A stretch of 64,000 nucleotides of DNA from Candidatus Culexmicrobium cathedralense (lineage in GTDB: Archaea; Thermoproteota; Methanomethylicia; Culexarchaeales; Culexmicrobiaceae): NCBI GenBank assembly GCA_025061115.1, contig JANZKC010000001.1, forward strand, positions 192,001 to 256,000, written 5' to 3'. The notes under the pieces are model-generated. The model was not told where the DNA came from. It searched no databases and worked only from the letters and a program-made list of their open reading frames with translations. Below are positions 39,008 to 48,990 of the stretch, one piece after another; the first letter of the stretch is position 1; the number at the start of each line of letters is the position of its first letter. Position numbers and translations under genes: made by a program.

Positions 39008-40403
39008 AACCGGAAATGCACTCCCTAGCCGACTTTAACAGTAGAGATTTAGGTTTACCATCCAACTTCAAATTTTCAAGCCTTAAAACTCTAAAGTAAA
39101 TTGGAGGATGAGGATCCCAGCCAAGCCACCTCTGAATCCTATACCCCCTATACCGCTCATAGAAAAGCCTGCGAAAACCAATCTTCATTAGCGCATTGCT
39201 AAGAGCACCACTTAACTTAAGCTTAAATGCCGACTCTAAATCTGCTCTAGCCTCAAGAAACTTAGCCACAAAATATAGCAAAGTTATTGAAAATATGAAA
39301 TATATTAAATCAAAGGGCCATCTCAATTCCCATAAAATGTAAACTCTTGCCAAGTACTCGATGCTGGATATGATAAGCAATATTAGGGGATCTCTATTGA
39401 TTAAGTGGCTGATCTCATGACCTATGACGGCCTTAATCTCCTCATCATTTAAAGTAAATGCTAGACCAGAAGTTACAAGGAGACGAGCAAACCTTAAAGC
39501 AGGGCCTGTAGCGGCGGCATTAGGAATAAATGTATTAGCTACAATTGTTAAAGGCATTGGAGCATTATAGGCATCAACAACCTCTCTAATCAACCTATAC
39601 ATGGGGACTACTCTGATAGCTACTTTGCTAGGAGGGCAGTGTACACCCCAACTTCTCAAAACTTCACTGACGACTTCAGGCGTAATGGACTTTCCAACTG
39701 CCAAGGTCTTCGCATATATTTGCCTTTTAATTTTCATAACGTCGCTCCACCTTTTAACAACCAATTTTCTAAAGTCCATCCTGGAAAGCTTGCAAATTGC
39801 CACGTGCAACTCGCCATTACTTGAACTGAGCGTCCAATCACCAAGATATGAAATTATTTTGTGAGAAAGCATAAAGACGGCAATTTGAGAAGCAAGTATT
39901 CCAATAGGAGCATATTCCTTTAAAATAGCAAACATGAAGTAGCCGAAAACCAAGAAAATGAGAAGTAAAGCCAGTAAATTTCCAGCGAGAATCCTACTTA
40001 AAATTCGCCTCCCCACGGACAATTGCTTTGAAGGAATTATTGGAAGTCCTGGGATAAATACTAAGCCAAGCGTCGCTTCATCCAAATTAGCTATAAATTG
40101 ATATGTGAAGAACTGAAAATCAATAGTTAAGTCAACGAAAGTATCGATAGGAGCTGGACGCGAGGATTCAATGGTTATAGTTGGAAAGCGTGAAGCCCTT
40201 ATGGTGACAACATAACTTACATCACTACTCTCATCTGAAATAGTAATCTTCAAAGCATCAATATCATCAACATACTCGATGGAGGTAAGGTTACTGCCAA
40301 ATCTCTCTACGCATTTTCTCTCAATAAAATGCAAATATGGCGCGTACTCATCGGGAGTTAATATGAAGCCGAACTCGTAAGTTTTACTTTTAATGGAGCT
40401 CAA
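38985..40403 (-). CDS. M48 (HtpX-like) membrane zinc metalloprotease with N-terminal extension
   Basis: PNAAATG, VIGHEISH, EARAD, HPP. Confidence 0.88.
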   Translation of the reverse strand: MSSIKSKTYEFGFILTPDEYAPYLHFIERKCVERFGSNLTSIEYVDDIDALKITISDESSDVSYVVTIRASRFPTITIESSRPAPIDTFVDLTIDFQFFTYQFIANLDEATLGLVFIPGLPIIPSKQLSVGRRILSRILAGNLLALLLIFLVFGYFMFAILKEYAPIGILASQIAVFMLSHKIISYLGDWTLSSSNGELHVAICKLSRMDFRKLVVKRWSDVMKIKRQIYAKTLAVGKSITPEVVSEVLRSWGVHCPPSKVAIRVVPMYRLIREVVDAYNAPMPLTIVANTFIPNAAATGPALRFARLLVTSGLAFTLNDEEIKAVIGHEISHLINRDPLILLIISSIEYLARVYILWELRWPFDLIYFIFSITLLYFVAKFLEARADLESAFKLKLSGALSNALMKIGFRRLFYERYRGYRIQRWLGWDPHPPIYFRVLRLENLKLDGKPKSLLLKSARECISGFISTLSF

Positions 40404-40462
40404 TTTACCTCAACATGATTATCGGATAATCCCTTATATTTGTAGAGCCATCATAACAGTAT

Positions 40463-41254
40463 TTGGGTGAAAGATTGAGCAGCTACGTCGTAGATTTAAA
40501 TTGCGATTTAGGGGAAAGCTTTGGAACGTATGTTAAAGGATTAGATGAAGAAGTTATGAAGTACATAACTTCGGCAAACATTGCCTGCGGATTCCATGCA
40601 GGAGATCCCTCTGTAATGAGAAAAACCGTGAAATTAGCAAAGAAATTTAACGTAAAAATAGGCGCTCACCCCGGGCTGCCCGACCTAATGGGATTCGGCA
40701 GAAGATGGATTGAGGTTAAACCTGATGAAATAGAAAACTATATGCTGTATCAAATAGGCGCTCTTAATGCATTCGCAAAATGCGAAGAACTAATGCTTCA
40801 ACACGTCAAACCCCATGGAGCACTATACAATAAAGCTGCAGTAAACATGGAAGTTGCAGAGGCAATTGCAAGAGCAATAGCCGAGTTCAACCCGAATCTA
40901 ATATTAGTGGGACTTGCAAATTCAAAGCTAATTGAAGCGGCAGAGAAGTATGGGCTTAAAGCCGCACGAGAAGCATTTGCGGATAGAGCATACAATTCTG
41001 ATGGAACTCTAGTATCAAGAAGAAAGCCGGGAGCAGTGATAACTGATCAGCAGAAGATCATTGAAAGGGCAGTGATGATGATCACTGAAGGAATCGTTGA
41101 GTCCATCGACGGAAAGAAGGTTGAGCTAGGAAAAGTAGACACCATATGCGTTCATGGAGACACTCCAGGAGCAGTTGAAATAGCAAGAAAGCTCTACACG
41201 GAACTGCCAAAGCACGGAGTGAAAATAGCAGCAATGTCCAAATTTTTGAAGTGA
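40463..41254 (+). CDS. pxpA: 5-oxoprolinase subunit A (LamB/YcsF)
   Basis: [45 protein letters not shown]. Confidence 0.95.
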   Translation: MGERLSSYVVDLNCDLGESFGTYVKGLDEEVMKYITSANIACGFHAGDPSVMRKTVKLAKKFNVKIGAHPGLPDLMGFGRRWIEVKPDEIENYMLYQIGALNAFAKCEELMLQHVKPHGALYNKAAVNMEVAEAIARAIAEFNPNLILVGLANSKLIEAAEKYGLKAAREAFADRAYNSDGTLVSRRKPGAVITDQQKIIERAVMMITEGIVESIDGKKVELGKVDTICVHGDTPGAVEIARKLYTELPKHGVKIAAMSKFLK

Positions 41255-41261
41255 ACCTTAA

Positions 41262-41978
41262 ATGATAATAATAAAATTTAACTGCGTACCTACAACTCAA
41301 GAAATCGCGAAAAAATTAGCTGAACATATAAATGAAGATGTATTTGCTGTAATCGCTGAAAAGCAAACCAACGGGAGAGGAAGAAGAGGGAGAAGGTGGC
41401 ATTCACCAAAAGGCGGACTATGGATGTCAATCGTTCTTAAAAGAAAAAATCGGAGATTCAACATGGCACCATTAATGGCTGCAGTAGCAGTAGCTAAAGT
41501 AATTGAAAAGCTTTACAACTTAAAAGTTCAAGTCAAGTGGCCAAACGACATTTTAATTAATGGCAAGAAGGTTGGAGGAATACTTTGCGAAGCAACTTTC
41601 AGCGGTGAAGAACTAAAATACATTGTCATTGGAATTGGATTGAATGTGAATTTAAGGCTAAATGACTTCCCAAGGGAGTTAAGGGAAAATGCAACTTCAA
41701 TCTTACTGGAAACAGGTAGGGAAGTAAACTTAGAAACCCTAGCTAAGCACATAATACGAGAGATCATGAAGGCAGTAAAGATGAATAACAATGAAGTATT
41801 AAAGAAATGGAAGAATTACGACTGCACATTAGGTAGAAAAGTTAAGGTGATTAGTGATAGTGGAGAGCTTCTCGGAGTCGCATTAGCGGTTGATGCGGAT
41901 GGCTCACTTATAGTTAAAATGGATACGGGAAAAGTTAAGAGAATCTACGCAGATGAAGTAAAACTTCAATTACTATGA
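41262..41978 (+). CDS. birA: Biotin--protein ligase (class I)
   Basis: QTNGRGRRGRRW.SP, KWPND, KKVGGIL, GIGLNVN. Confidence 0.95.
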   Translation: MIIIKFNCVPTTQEIAKKLAEHINEDVFAVIAEKQTNGRGRRGRRWHSPKGGLWMSIVLKRKNRRFNMAPLMAAVAVAKVIEKLYNLKVQVKWPNDILINGKKVGGILCEATFSGEELKYIVIGIGLNVNLRLNDFPRELRENATSILLETGREVNLETLAKHIIREIMKAVKMNNNEVLKKWKNYDCTLGRKVKVISDSGELLGVALAVDADGSLIVKMDTGKVKRIYADEVKLQLL

Positions 41979-42048
41979 AAAATAAATTTGAGTAAAAAAT
42001 GCGAAAAGGCTTACAGCCCTTAACCTTTAACAGCATCACACAGATATT

Positions 42049-43332
42049 ATGATTGCAGGTAAGGTGTTAGGATTGACTATACTAGGTAGAGGCTTTAAAA
42101 AACTCATCAAAGTTGAAGAAGCAATTAGAAGAGTAGAAAAGGAACTCACCTACCGTATAAATGAAGTTGAAGTTGTGGATTTAATTTCAAGTTTAGGTAG
42201 AATTTCAGCTGAAACCATTGTAGCTCCAATAGATGTCCCACCATACGATAGAGCAGCAATGGATGGATATGCCGCTGGAGCCGAAGATATTACTGGAGCT
42301 ACTCAACTTAATCCAGCAATTTTAAAGCTAATCGGAAGCATTGAAGTTGGAGAATTAAAAGATATTAAGGTTAATAGAGGTGAAGCAGTGGAAATCTCAA
42401 CTGGAGCTAAAATTCCAGAGGGAGCCAACGTAGTTGTGCCATATGAAGATGCAAGAAAAGTAGATGGATATGTTGAAGTCTATAGGGCAATCCCCCTCTG
42501 GAAAAACATTTCTAAGCGCGGGGAGGACATTAAAGCAGGAGAACTAGTCTTAGCTAAGGGCACAACAATTAAAGCTTGGGATATAGGAGTCCTCGCATCA
42601 CTAAACATAACGAAAGTGAAGGTACTTCGGAGGCCTAGAATAGCAGTACTATCCACTGGAAATGAGCTAATTGAGCTAGGAGAGGAATTGAAGCTAGGAA
42701 AAATAGTGAACAGCACCAAGTGGATGATAGCATCTTTGATTAAAGAAGTTGGCGGAGAATTCATAGACCTAGGAACATCAGAAGATGAAGTTAAAGAGAT
42801 TTCTAATCGCATTTTAAATGGCTTGAAGCTGGCTGACATAGTGATAACTACAGGCGGAACATCCGTCGGCAAAAAAGACTTCGTTATTAAAGCTGTGGAG
42901 GCAATTGGCGCCAAAATAGTCTTCCATGGAGTTTCAATGAGGCCGGGAAAGCCGACGGGATTTGCAATACTTAATGGAAAGCCAATTATAATGCTATCAG
43001 GATTTCCGGTAGCAGCGCTCATAGGATTTGAACTATTCGCCAAAAAAGCCATAAGCCTAATTAGCGGATGGAAGGAAATTCCCAAACAAAAAATTAAAGC
43101 CAAAATGGCTAGGAGAGTTGCTTCAGAGCTTGGATTCCGAGACTTCTTAAGAGTGAAGTTAAAGAGAGTTGAAAGCGAAATCTTGGCCGAACCATTAAAG
43201 CTTACTGGTTCAGGCATACTATCAACCATAACCAAATCCAGTGGAATGATAATAATTCCAGAGGAAGTAGAGGGAATAGAGGAAGGAGAGGAAGTGGAAG
43301 TCATACTGTTAAGGCCTCTGGAGGATATTTAA
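42049..43332 (+). CDS. moeA: Molybdopterin molybdotransferase MoeA-1
   Basis: DVPPYDRAAMDGYA, STGNEL, TTGGTSVG, MRPGKP, LSGFPVA. Confidence 0.95.
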   Translation: MIAGKVLGLTILGRGFKKLIKVEEAIRRVEKELTYRINEVEVVDLISSLGRISAETIVAPIDVPPYDRAAMDGYAAGAEDITGATQLNPAILKLIGSIEVGELKDIKVNRGEAVEISTGAKIPEGANVVVPYEDARKVDGYVEVYRAIPLWKNISKRGEDIKAGELVLAKGTTIKAWDIGVLASLNITKVKVLRRPRIAVLSTGNELIELGEELKLGKIVNSTKWMIASLIKEVGGEFIDLGTSEDEVKEISNRILNGLKLADIVITTGGTSVGKKDFVIKAVEAIGAKIVFHGVSMRPGKPTGFAILNGKPIIMLSGFPVAALIGFELFAKKAISLISGWKEIPKQKIKAKMARRVASELGFRDFLRVKLKRVESEILAEPLKLTGSGILSTITKSSGMIIIPEEVEGIEEGEEVEVILLRPLEDI

Positions 43333-45318
43333 ATGCGTAAAATATTTCATAAACTCATCACAATTGAAGAAGCTTTAAAGTTAATTAAGAAGCATGTCAA
43401 CCTAAGCCCCGTAGGAGTTGAAGAAGTAGATTTACTAAAAGCTCATGGAAGAGTCTTAGCCGAAGACATAATTGCAAAAGTGGACTTACCGCCATTCGAC
43501 AGGTCAGAAATGGATGGATACGCAGTAATTGCAGGAGACACCTATGATGCAGATGAAGATTCGCCCGTAAAGCTTAAGGTTATAGGTAAAATTGAGGCTG
43601 GAGATGAACCTAAAATAGCTGTTGAAAAGGGATGCGCAATTGAAATTTCAACTGGAGCACCAATACCCCCAGGAGCAAATGCAGTAGTAATGGTTGAGTA
43701 CACGAGGCAAATAGGAAATACAGTTGAAATATTCAAACCAGTAGCAGTTGGAGCACACATAGTTCATGCTGGCTCAGACCTAATGATTGGAGAGAAAATA
43801 TTGAGGAAAGGAACAATATTAACTCCAAGAGAAATTGGAGTTATAGCAGCAGTAGGAATCGATAAAGTTAGAGTTTACAAGAAGCCAAAAATAGCAATAA
43901 TATCAACTGGCAGCGAACTAGTAACTCCAGGAGCAAGCTTACCTCCATATAAAGTATATGATGTAAATACGTACTCGATCGCAGCTGGAGTAAATGAAGC
44001 TGGAGGGGAGCCAATAGCAGTTGGAATCGTTAGCGACAATATCTCAGAAATCAGAAAAACAATTGAAAATGCAATAAAAAAATTCGACTTAGTGATAATT
44101 TCAGGCGGAACATCAGCTGGAGTGGGAGATCTAGTTTACAAAGTGCTGAACGAGTTGGGAAAACCAGGCATAATAGTTCATGGATTAAAAGTTAAGCCTG
44201 GAAAACCAACTGTAATTTCAGTTGTAAATAATAAGCTGATAATAGGGCTTCCAGGATGGCCAGTTTCAGCTCTAATAATATTTAATTTAATTGCAAAACC
44301 AGTAATCCGCGCGCTAGCGGGACTACCAGAAGAGGAAGAAAAAATCTTCAAAGTGAAAGTTGCAACCCGAATAAGACCAGCTAGAGGACGAGTAAATCTA
44401 ATTCCAGTCAGCATCACAATCAACGAGAAAGGAGAAATGATAGCATACCCACTAATACACCATAGTGGAGCAATAGCAACTCTAACAAAAGCAGACGGCT
44501 ATATCATCATCAAAGAAAACGTAGAGCTACTAGAAGCAGGAGAAGAAGTCCAAATGAAACTATTAAGTAGCAAAATTCAACCTCCAAACTTAACGATAAT
44601 CGGAAGCCACTGCCCAGCATTAGATAGGCTAATCGAGCTGCTAGAAGAAGAGCATAAAATTAAGAAGATAAGGTTAATTAGCGTAGGCTCATTAGCAGGC
44701 TTAATGGCAGTAAGGAATGGTGAAGCAGATATAGCGGGAATCCACCTACTCGACGAAGAAACACTCACCTACAATATTCCACTTCTAACCAAATATAATG
44801 TCAATAATGCCGTACTAATTAGAGGCTACATCAGAGAGCAGGGATTAATAGTAAGAAAAGGAAATCCAACGAACATAAGAAGTTTAGAAGACCTCCTGCG
44901 CGAAGATGTAAAATTCATTAATAGGAACATGGGATCAGGAACTAGGGTGCTAATAGATTATGAATTAAAGAAGATGGCTGAAAAAATCGGCAAATCAATC
45001 GAAGAAATCAAAACTAAAATCAAAGGCTACAACATTGAAGCTAAAACCCACTCTGCAGTTGCCTTAGCAGTACTTATGGGTAGAGCAGACGTGGGGGTAG
45101 CGATAAGAAGCATAGCCATGATGTACGGATTAGAGTTCATGCCATTAAAAGAAGAGCATTTCGACTTCCTCGTAAATAAAAAAGCTTTAAACAAAATAAG
45201 CGTTCAAGCATTTATCAAAGCATTAAAATCCAGCAAATTTAAAGAAAAGCTCCTTGAAATCGGCATGAAAGCTCCACCAGATATGGGCGAAATAATATGG
45301 AAACCTAAAGATGAATAA
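43333..45318 (+). CDS. moeA: MoeA-2 fused to PBP domain
   Basis: PPFDRSEMDGYA, SGGTSAG, KPGKP, LPGWPVS; C-terminal GSHC, NRNMGSGTR. Confidence 0.95.
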   Translation: MRKIFHKLITIEEALKLIKKHVNLSPVGVEEVDLLKAHGRVLAEDIIAKVDLPPFDRSEMDGYAVIAGDTYDADEDSPVKLKVIGKIEAGDEPKIAVEKGCAIEISTGAPIPPGANAVVMVEYTRQIGNTVEIFKPVAVGAHIVHAGSDLMIGEKILRKGTILTPREIGVIAAVGIDKVRVYKKPKIAIISTGSELVTPGASLPPYKVYDVNTYSIAAGVNEAGGEPIAVGIVSDNISEIRKTIENAIKKFDLVIISGGTSAGVGDLVYKVLNELGKPGIIVHGLKVKPGKPTVISVVNNKLIIGLPGWPVSALIIFNLIAKPVIRALAGLPEEEEKIFKVKVATRIRPARGRVNLIPVSITINEKGEMIAYPLIHHSGAIATLTKADGYIIIKENVELLEAGEEVQMKLLSSKIQPPNLTIIGSHCPALDRLIELLEEEHKIKKIRLISVGSLAGLMAVRNGEADIAGIHLLDEETLTYNIPLLTKYNVNNAVLIRGYIREQGLIVRKGNPTNIRSLEDLLREDVKFINRNMGSGTRVLIDYELKKMAEKIGKSIEEIKTKIKGYNIEAKTHSAVALAVLMGRADVGVAIRSIAMMYGLEFMPLKEEHFDFLVNKKALNKISVQAFIKALKSSKFKEKLLEIGMKAPPDMGEIIWKPKDE

Positions 45319-45388
45319 AAACTTGAAGTTAAACCAAGATCAGCGTAGCAAAAATATCCCATTTAAAGCATAAAATGAAGGGGCTTAA

Positions 45389-45808
45389 CTGAACAGAAAT
45401 GTTGCCGTAACGATACAACTAATAATCGTCTCAATAACTGCAAGCCTAGTAATTATCATCACCATAGCATCAGCAATCCACAACCCCAAATCAATAGCAT
45501 TTCAAGATGTCAATTTAATAGCAGAAGCCTCAACCAACAGTGGATTAACCATAACAATAGAAAACCACTTAAATCATGAAATATGGATTAAAAAGATTAC
45601 ATTAACCACCTGGACCGGCTTGACAGTTAATTTATCCGAAAAACTCAAGCTTCCAAGAAAAGTACCAAGCAAGAGCATAATAGTTTTAAAATGCTATCCC
45701 GATGAACTTGAAGAATTAGGATTAACCCTCACCAAATTCCAATTAATAAAAGTAACAGCCCACCTCGACAGCAGAGAAATATCGACTTACTGTAGAACCT
45801 CAGAGTAA
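45389..45808 (+). CDS. Membrane-anchored/secreted small protein, pilin-like architecture; probable CTG start
   Basis: Frame of track ORF 45620-45808 is open back to CTG 45389 (in-frame TAA just before, GAAGGGG upstream): MNRNVAVTIQLIIVSITASLVIIITIASAI then a beta-rich domain with ITIENH. Confidence 0.6.
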   Translation: MNRNVAVTIQLIIVSITASLVIIITIASAIHNPKSIAFQDVNLIAEASTNSGLTITIENHLNHEIWIKKITLTTWTGLTVNLSEKLKLPRKVPSKSIIVLKCYPDELEELGLTLTKFQLIKVTAHLDSREISTYCRTSE

Positions 45809-45850
45809 AATTGAAAAGAAAACACTAAACTAATTGAAGAGGGTGCTAAA

Positions 45851-46519
45851 GTGAAGCTCCTAGCCATATCAGATATTCATGGAAAAAGCTGGGTCGCATC
45901 AGAAATAGCACTTTTAGCATCCAAAGAGAATTTCGACGCAATAATTGTTAGCGGAGACCTATCCCCATACATGTCAATTGAAATCGCGAAAGAAATACTT
46001 GAAATACTATCTGAAGCAGGCATACCAGTATTTTACGTTCCAGGAAACATGGATGACCCAAATCTAACTAAACCAGTAGAAGTAAACGGAACATACAACC
46101 TACATGGAAAGTGCATTGAATTCAAAGAATTAAAAATAATTGGCGTAGGAGGAGGATTGATAAGTCCATTCAAAACACCACTAGAATACAAAGAAGAAGA
46201 TTTCAGCAGAATACTAAACAAGGCTTCAGCAGACATCAAACCAGGCAAAATAATCTTAGTAACCCACAACCCACCTTACAACACCTCAGCAGACAAGCTA
46301 GATTGGGGAGAACACGTAGGCAGCATCAGCATCAGAAAATTCATTGAAGAAAGAAAGCCAATACTAAATATATGCGGCCACATCCACGAAGCAAGAAGCA
46401 TAGATAAAATCAATAAAACAGTAATAATCAACCCCGGACCTGCAATGAAAGGATATTACGCTATAGTAGAAATTAAAAATTTTAAAGTTAAAGCCGAACT
46501 ATTAAAAATTAGTCGTTAA
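45851..46519 (+). CDS. Calcineurin-like metallophosphoesterase (Icc-like)
   Basis: SDIHG, GD, PGNMD, THNPP, CGHIHE, NPG. Confidence 0.92.
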   Translation: MKLLAISDIHGKSWVASEIALLASKENFDAIIVSGDLSPYMSIEIAKEILEILSEAGIPVFYVPGNMDDPNLTKPVEVNGTYNLHGKCIEFKELKIIGVGGGLISPFKTPLEYKEEDFSRILNKASADIKPGKIILVTHNPPYNTSADKLDWGEHVGSISIRKFIEERKPILNICGHIHEARSIDKINKTVIINPGPAMKGYYAIVEIKNFKVKAELLKISR

Positions 46520-46591
46520 TATTAACGCCCACGCAGGAAGACGATAAGAAACATTTAATATATGCCAAACCTCCATTCGATAAACATCAAC

Positions 46592-46632
46592 AATAGCCTT
46601 TTCCATCATAAAAATGAGCAGAAAAGGCTGTT
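46592..46632. other. Stem-loop immediately 3' of the C/D sRNA
   Basis: AGCCTTTTC (46595-46603) pairs with GAAAAGGCT (46621-46629); inner TCAT-AAAA-ATGA. Confidence 0.45.
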
Positions 46633-46635
46633 TTC

Positions 46636-46689
46636 TTTCAGTTTTGGAGTCTTTCATCATTTTTCAGAGCTGCAATGGTTCATCATCAA
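46636..46689 (-). ncRNA. Box C/D methylation-guide sRNA
   Basis: Minus strand: C ATGATGA (46686-46680), 12-nt guide ACCATTGCAGCT, D' CTGA, C' ATGATGA, 12-nt guide AAGACTCCAAAA, D CTGA (46641-46638); all boxes match consensus. Confidence 0.92.
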
Positions 46690-46791
46690 ACAAATTCTCA
46701 GCCGAATTCCCTTATAAATTTGATTAGGAATTGAGTATAACATTTATTAAAATAAAGTTTAAGTCCATAAAATTGATGGTTAATTGAATTG

Positions 46792-47553
46792 TTAAAACGC
46801 TTTTTCTCTGAATAATTTTATCATCAGAAGGTATTTTTCTAGTGCCAACTTCTTCTTGGATAGTAGATTCTTTATGTTTGGCAATTCTTTGCCGGTGTAG
46901 ATTTTTGTAGCTATTATTAGGGGTCTTAGTGTTAATGCTACTTGGCATGGAGCTTCTATCGGTGGACTTATTTCATCTTCTTCTACATCTGGGAAGCCTT
47001 CAATTATTTTCGGCTTACCCTTTCTAGATAGTATTTGCAGCGTTCTATCAATTTCCCTCTCCAAAAAGTTGATTAGCGCTTCTTCATTTTTGAAACATCT
47101 CAATGCCATTTCAAAAACTCGTTCTAAATCTCTAAATATTGATGCATACAGCTTTGCTTGAGGCTTTGACGTACTCCAGACAAGTGGCTTAACTTGATCG
47201 TAGCCATGATAGCAATCATAGAGGTAATTTAGGTATTCATGGTATACAACTGCCTTTAAATCGTCATAGCCAAACGTGAGGATTTTAGCTGCACTTAGCT
47301 GAACTGTCGGTACGAGAGCCTGAATTTTAGGATTGTACTTATATGCAAAGCCTGAAGAATATACTAGCCTTAATTTCTCATCTACCTTTTTAACCCAATT
47401 TGCCTCATGAATTTCAACGTCAGCTATAAATGGAATTTCGGTTTCCTTCTCGAATTCTGATACGATTTTTGGAAGCCATTCATCTGCAATTCGTTTAACT
47501 TTCTCATTTAAACTCTCATCAATTTCTCCATACTTTACGATCCTTATTTCCAA
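46792..47553 (-). CDS. Hypothetical protein with degenerate zincin-like motif
   Basis: 253 aa; AVVYHEYLNY (HExxN); AT-rich. Confidence 0.6.
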   Translation of the reverse strand: MEIRIVKYGEIDESLNEKVKRIADEWLPKIVSEFEKETEIPFIADVEIHEANWVKKVDEKLRLVYSSGFAYKYNPKIQALVPTVQLSAAKILTFGYDDLKAVVYHEYLNYLYDCYHGYDQVKPLVWSTSKPQAKLYASIFRDLERVFEMALRCFKNEEALINFLEREIDRTLQILSRKGKPKIIEGFPDVEEDEISPPIEAPCQVALTLRPLIIATKIYTGKELPNIKNLLSKKKLALEKYLLMIKLFREKAF

Positions 47554-47592
47554 GTATAATTCACCTACATACAGTTAAAGTAGATCGAGGAA

Positions 47593-48900
47593 TTATTCTT
47601 TGCCCATCAAATCACATAAAAATATGTCTTCAAATGTCTCTCTGCGCCTAACTAGCTTAACTGTTCCACCATCAATCATTACGACCGCCGCTCTTGGCCT
47701 GCAATTGTACTGGCTTGCCATGGAAATTCCATATGCGCCAGCATCTAGAATTGCAAGTACATCACCTGGCTTAATTTTGGGGAGAGGATACTTCTCAGCG
47801 AAGACATCTGAACTTTCGCACACTGGGCCGCCAACGTTGTACTCTTCAACAGATTTAAAATCAGCCTTATTTACAGCGACGATTCTGTGATAAGCGCCGT
47901 ATAGCGCGGGTCTTATTAAGTCATTCATTCCAGCATCCACTAAAATCCACTTCAACCCTCCAATTTCCTTAACATAATTAACTCTAGTTAATAGTAAACC
48001 TGCATCGCCAACCAAGTATCTGCCTGGTTCAAGTATTATTGTGGAATCATCGCTGAAAAACTTACCTATAGATTCTACTATAACTGGTAAAATTGACTTG
48101 CAGTAATCTTCAGGAGATAGAGCTTCATTGGACTCTTTATACGGAATGCCCAATCCACCGCCAAGATCAATTAAATTCAACTTTAAACCTAAGTTTTTAC
48201 TTAACCTCTCAGCGAAGGTGATGAGCTTTTCAGCAGCCTCCCTAAATGGACGTGCGCTCAATATTTGGGACCCCACATGAACATGTATGCCTTTAACTTC
48301 AACATCACTCATCCTCAAAGCGATTCTATACGCAGAGTAAGCACTTGAAGAATCTAAGCCGAACTTGTGAATTCTCATTCCAGTACTTATATACTTGTGA
48401 GTTTTAGCGGGGACGTCCAAGTTAACTCGAACGCCTATTGAAGGTTTAACTCCAAATTTACGTGCAGCTGATCCTATGTAATTCAATTCATCAAAATTTT
48501 CAATATTAATCAGCTTGACTTGACTGCTTACAGCATCTTCAATTTCACGAGGCGACTTGCACACTCCATTAAAAACTATTTTATCCACGTCAACGCCAAT
48601 CAACTTTGCAGCATACAATTCGCCACTTGAAACAACTTCAGCTCCAGCGCCAGCATCTTTTAAAACTTTAAGAAGAGCAAGAGTTGCATTAGCCTTATAT
48701 GCATAGCATATGAGAACTCCTCTCCAATACTTCATTGCTTCGCTAAGCAACTTTCCGTACTTCTCTCTAACTCTATCCGCACTAATAACGTAAAGTGGAG
48801 TGCCATAATTTTGGGCTAAATCCATTAAACTAACTCCATTAATCTTCAGCTCACCGCCACTAATTGAAAGATGAGGAGGCAAATACACGTAACTCCCCAA
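47593..48900 (-). CDS. lysA: Diaminopimelate decarboxylase
   Basis: YGTPLYV, YAYKAN, HKYISTG..KFG, HVHVGSQI, DLGGG, EPGR, GPVCESSD, MASQYN. Confidence 0.93.
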   Translation of the reverse strand: MGSYVYLPPHLSISGGELKINGVSLMDLAQNYGTPLYVISADRVREKYGKLLSEAMKYWRGVLICYAYKANATLALLKVLKDAGAGAEVVSSGELYAAKLIGVDVDKIVFNGVCKSPREIEDAVSSQVKLINIENFDELNYIGSAARKFGVKPSIGVRVNLDVPAKTHKYISTGMRIHKFGLDSSSAYSAYRIALRMSDVEVKGIHVHVGSQILSARPFREAAEKLITFAERLSKNLGLKLNLIDLGGGLGIPYKESNEALSPEDYCKSILPVIVESIGKFFSDDSTIILEPGRYLVGDAGLLLTRVNYVKEIGGLKWILVDAGMNDLIRPALYGAYHRIVAVNKADFKSVEEYNVGGPVCESSDVFAEKYPLPKIKPGDVLAILDAGAYGISMASQYNCRPRAAVVMIDGGTVKLVRRRETFEDIFLCDLMGKE

Positions 48901-48990
48901 CTACAATGTAAACCAATACCCTATATCACTTATTCTTGTAATGTGAAAGCACTTCTGAAGCTACGCAGTGTCCGAATTCCTAGAAAATAG

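Noticed and set aside
42480-43304. 274-aa minus-strand ORF
   Set aside because: Antisense shadow of moeA-1
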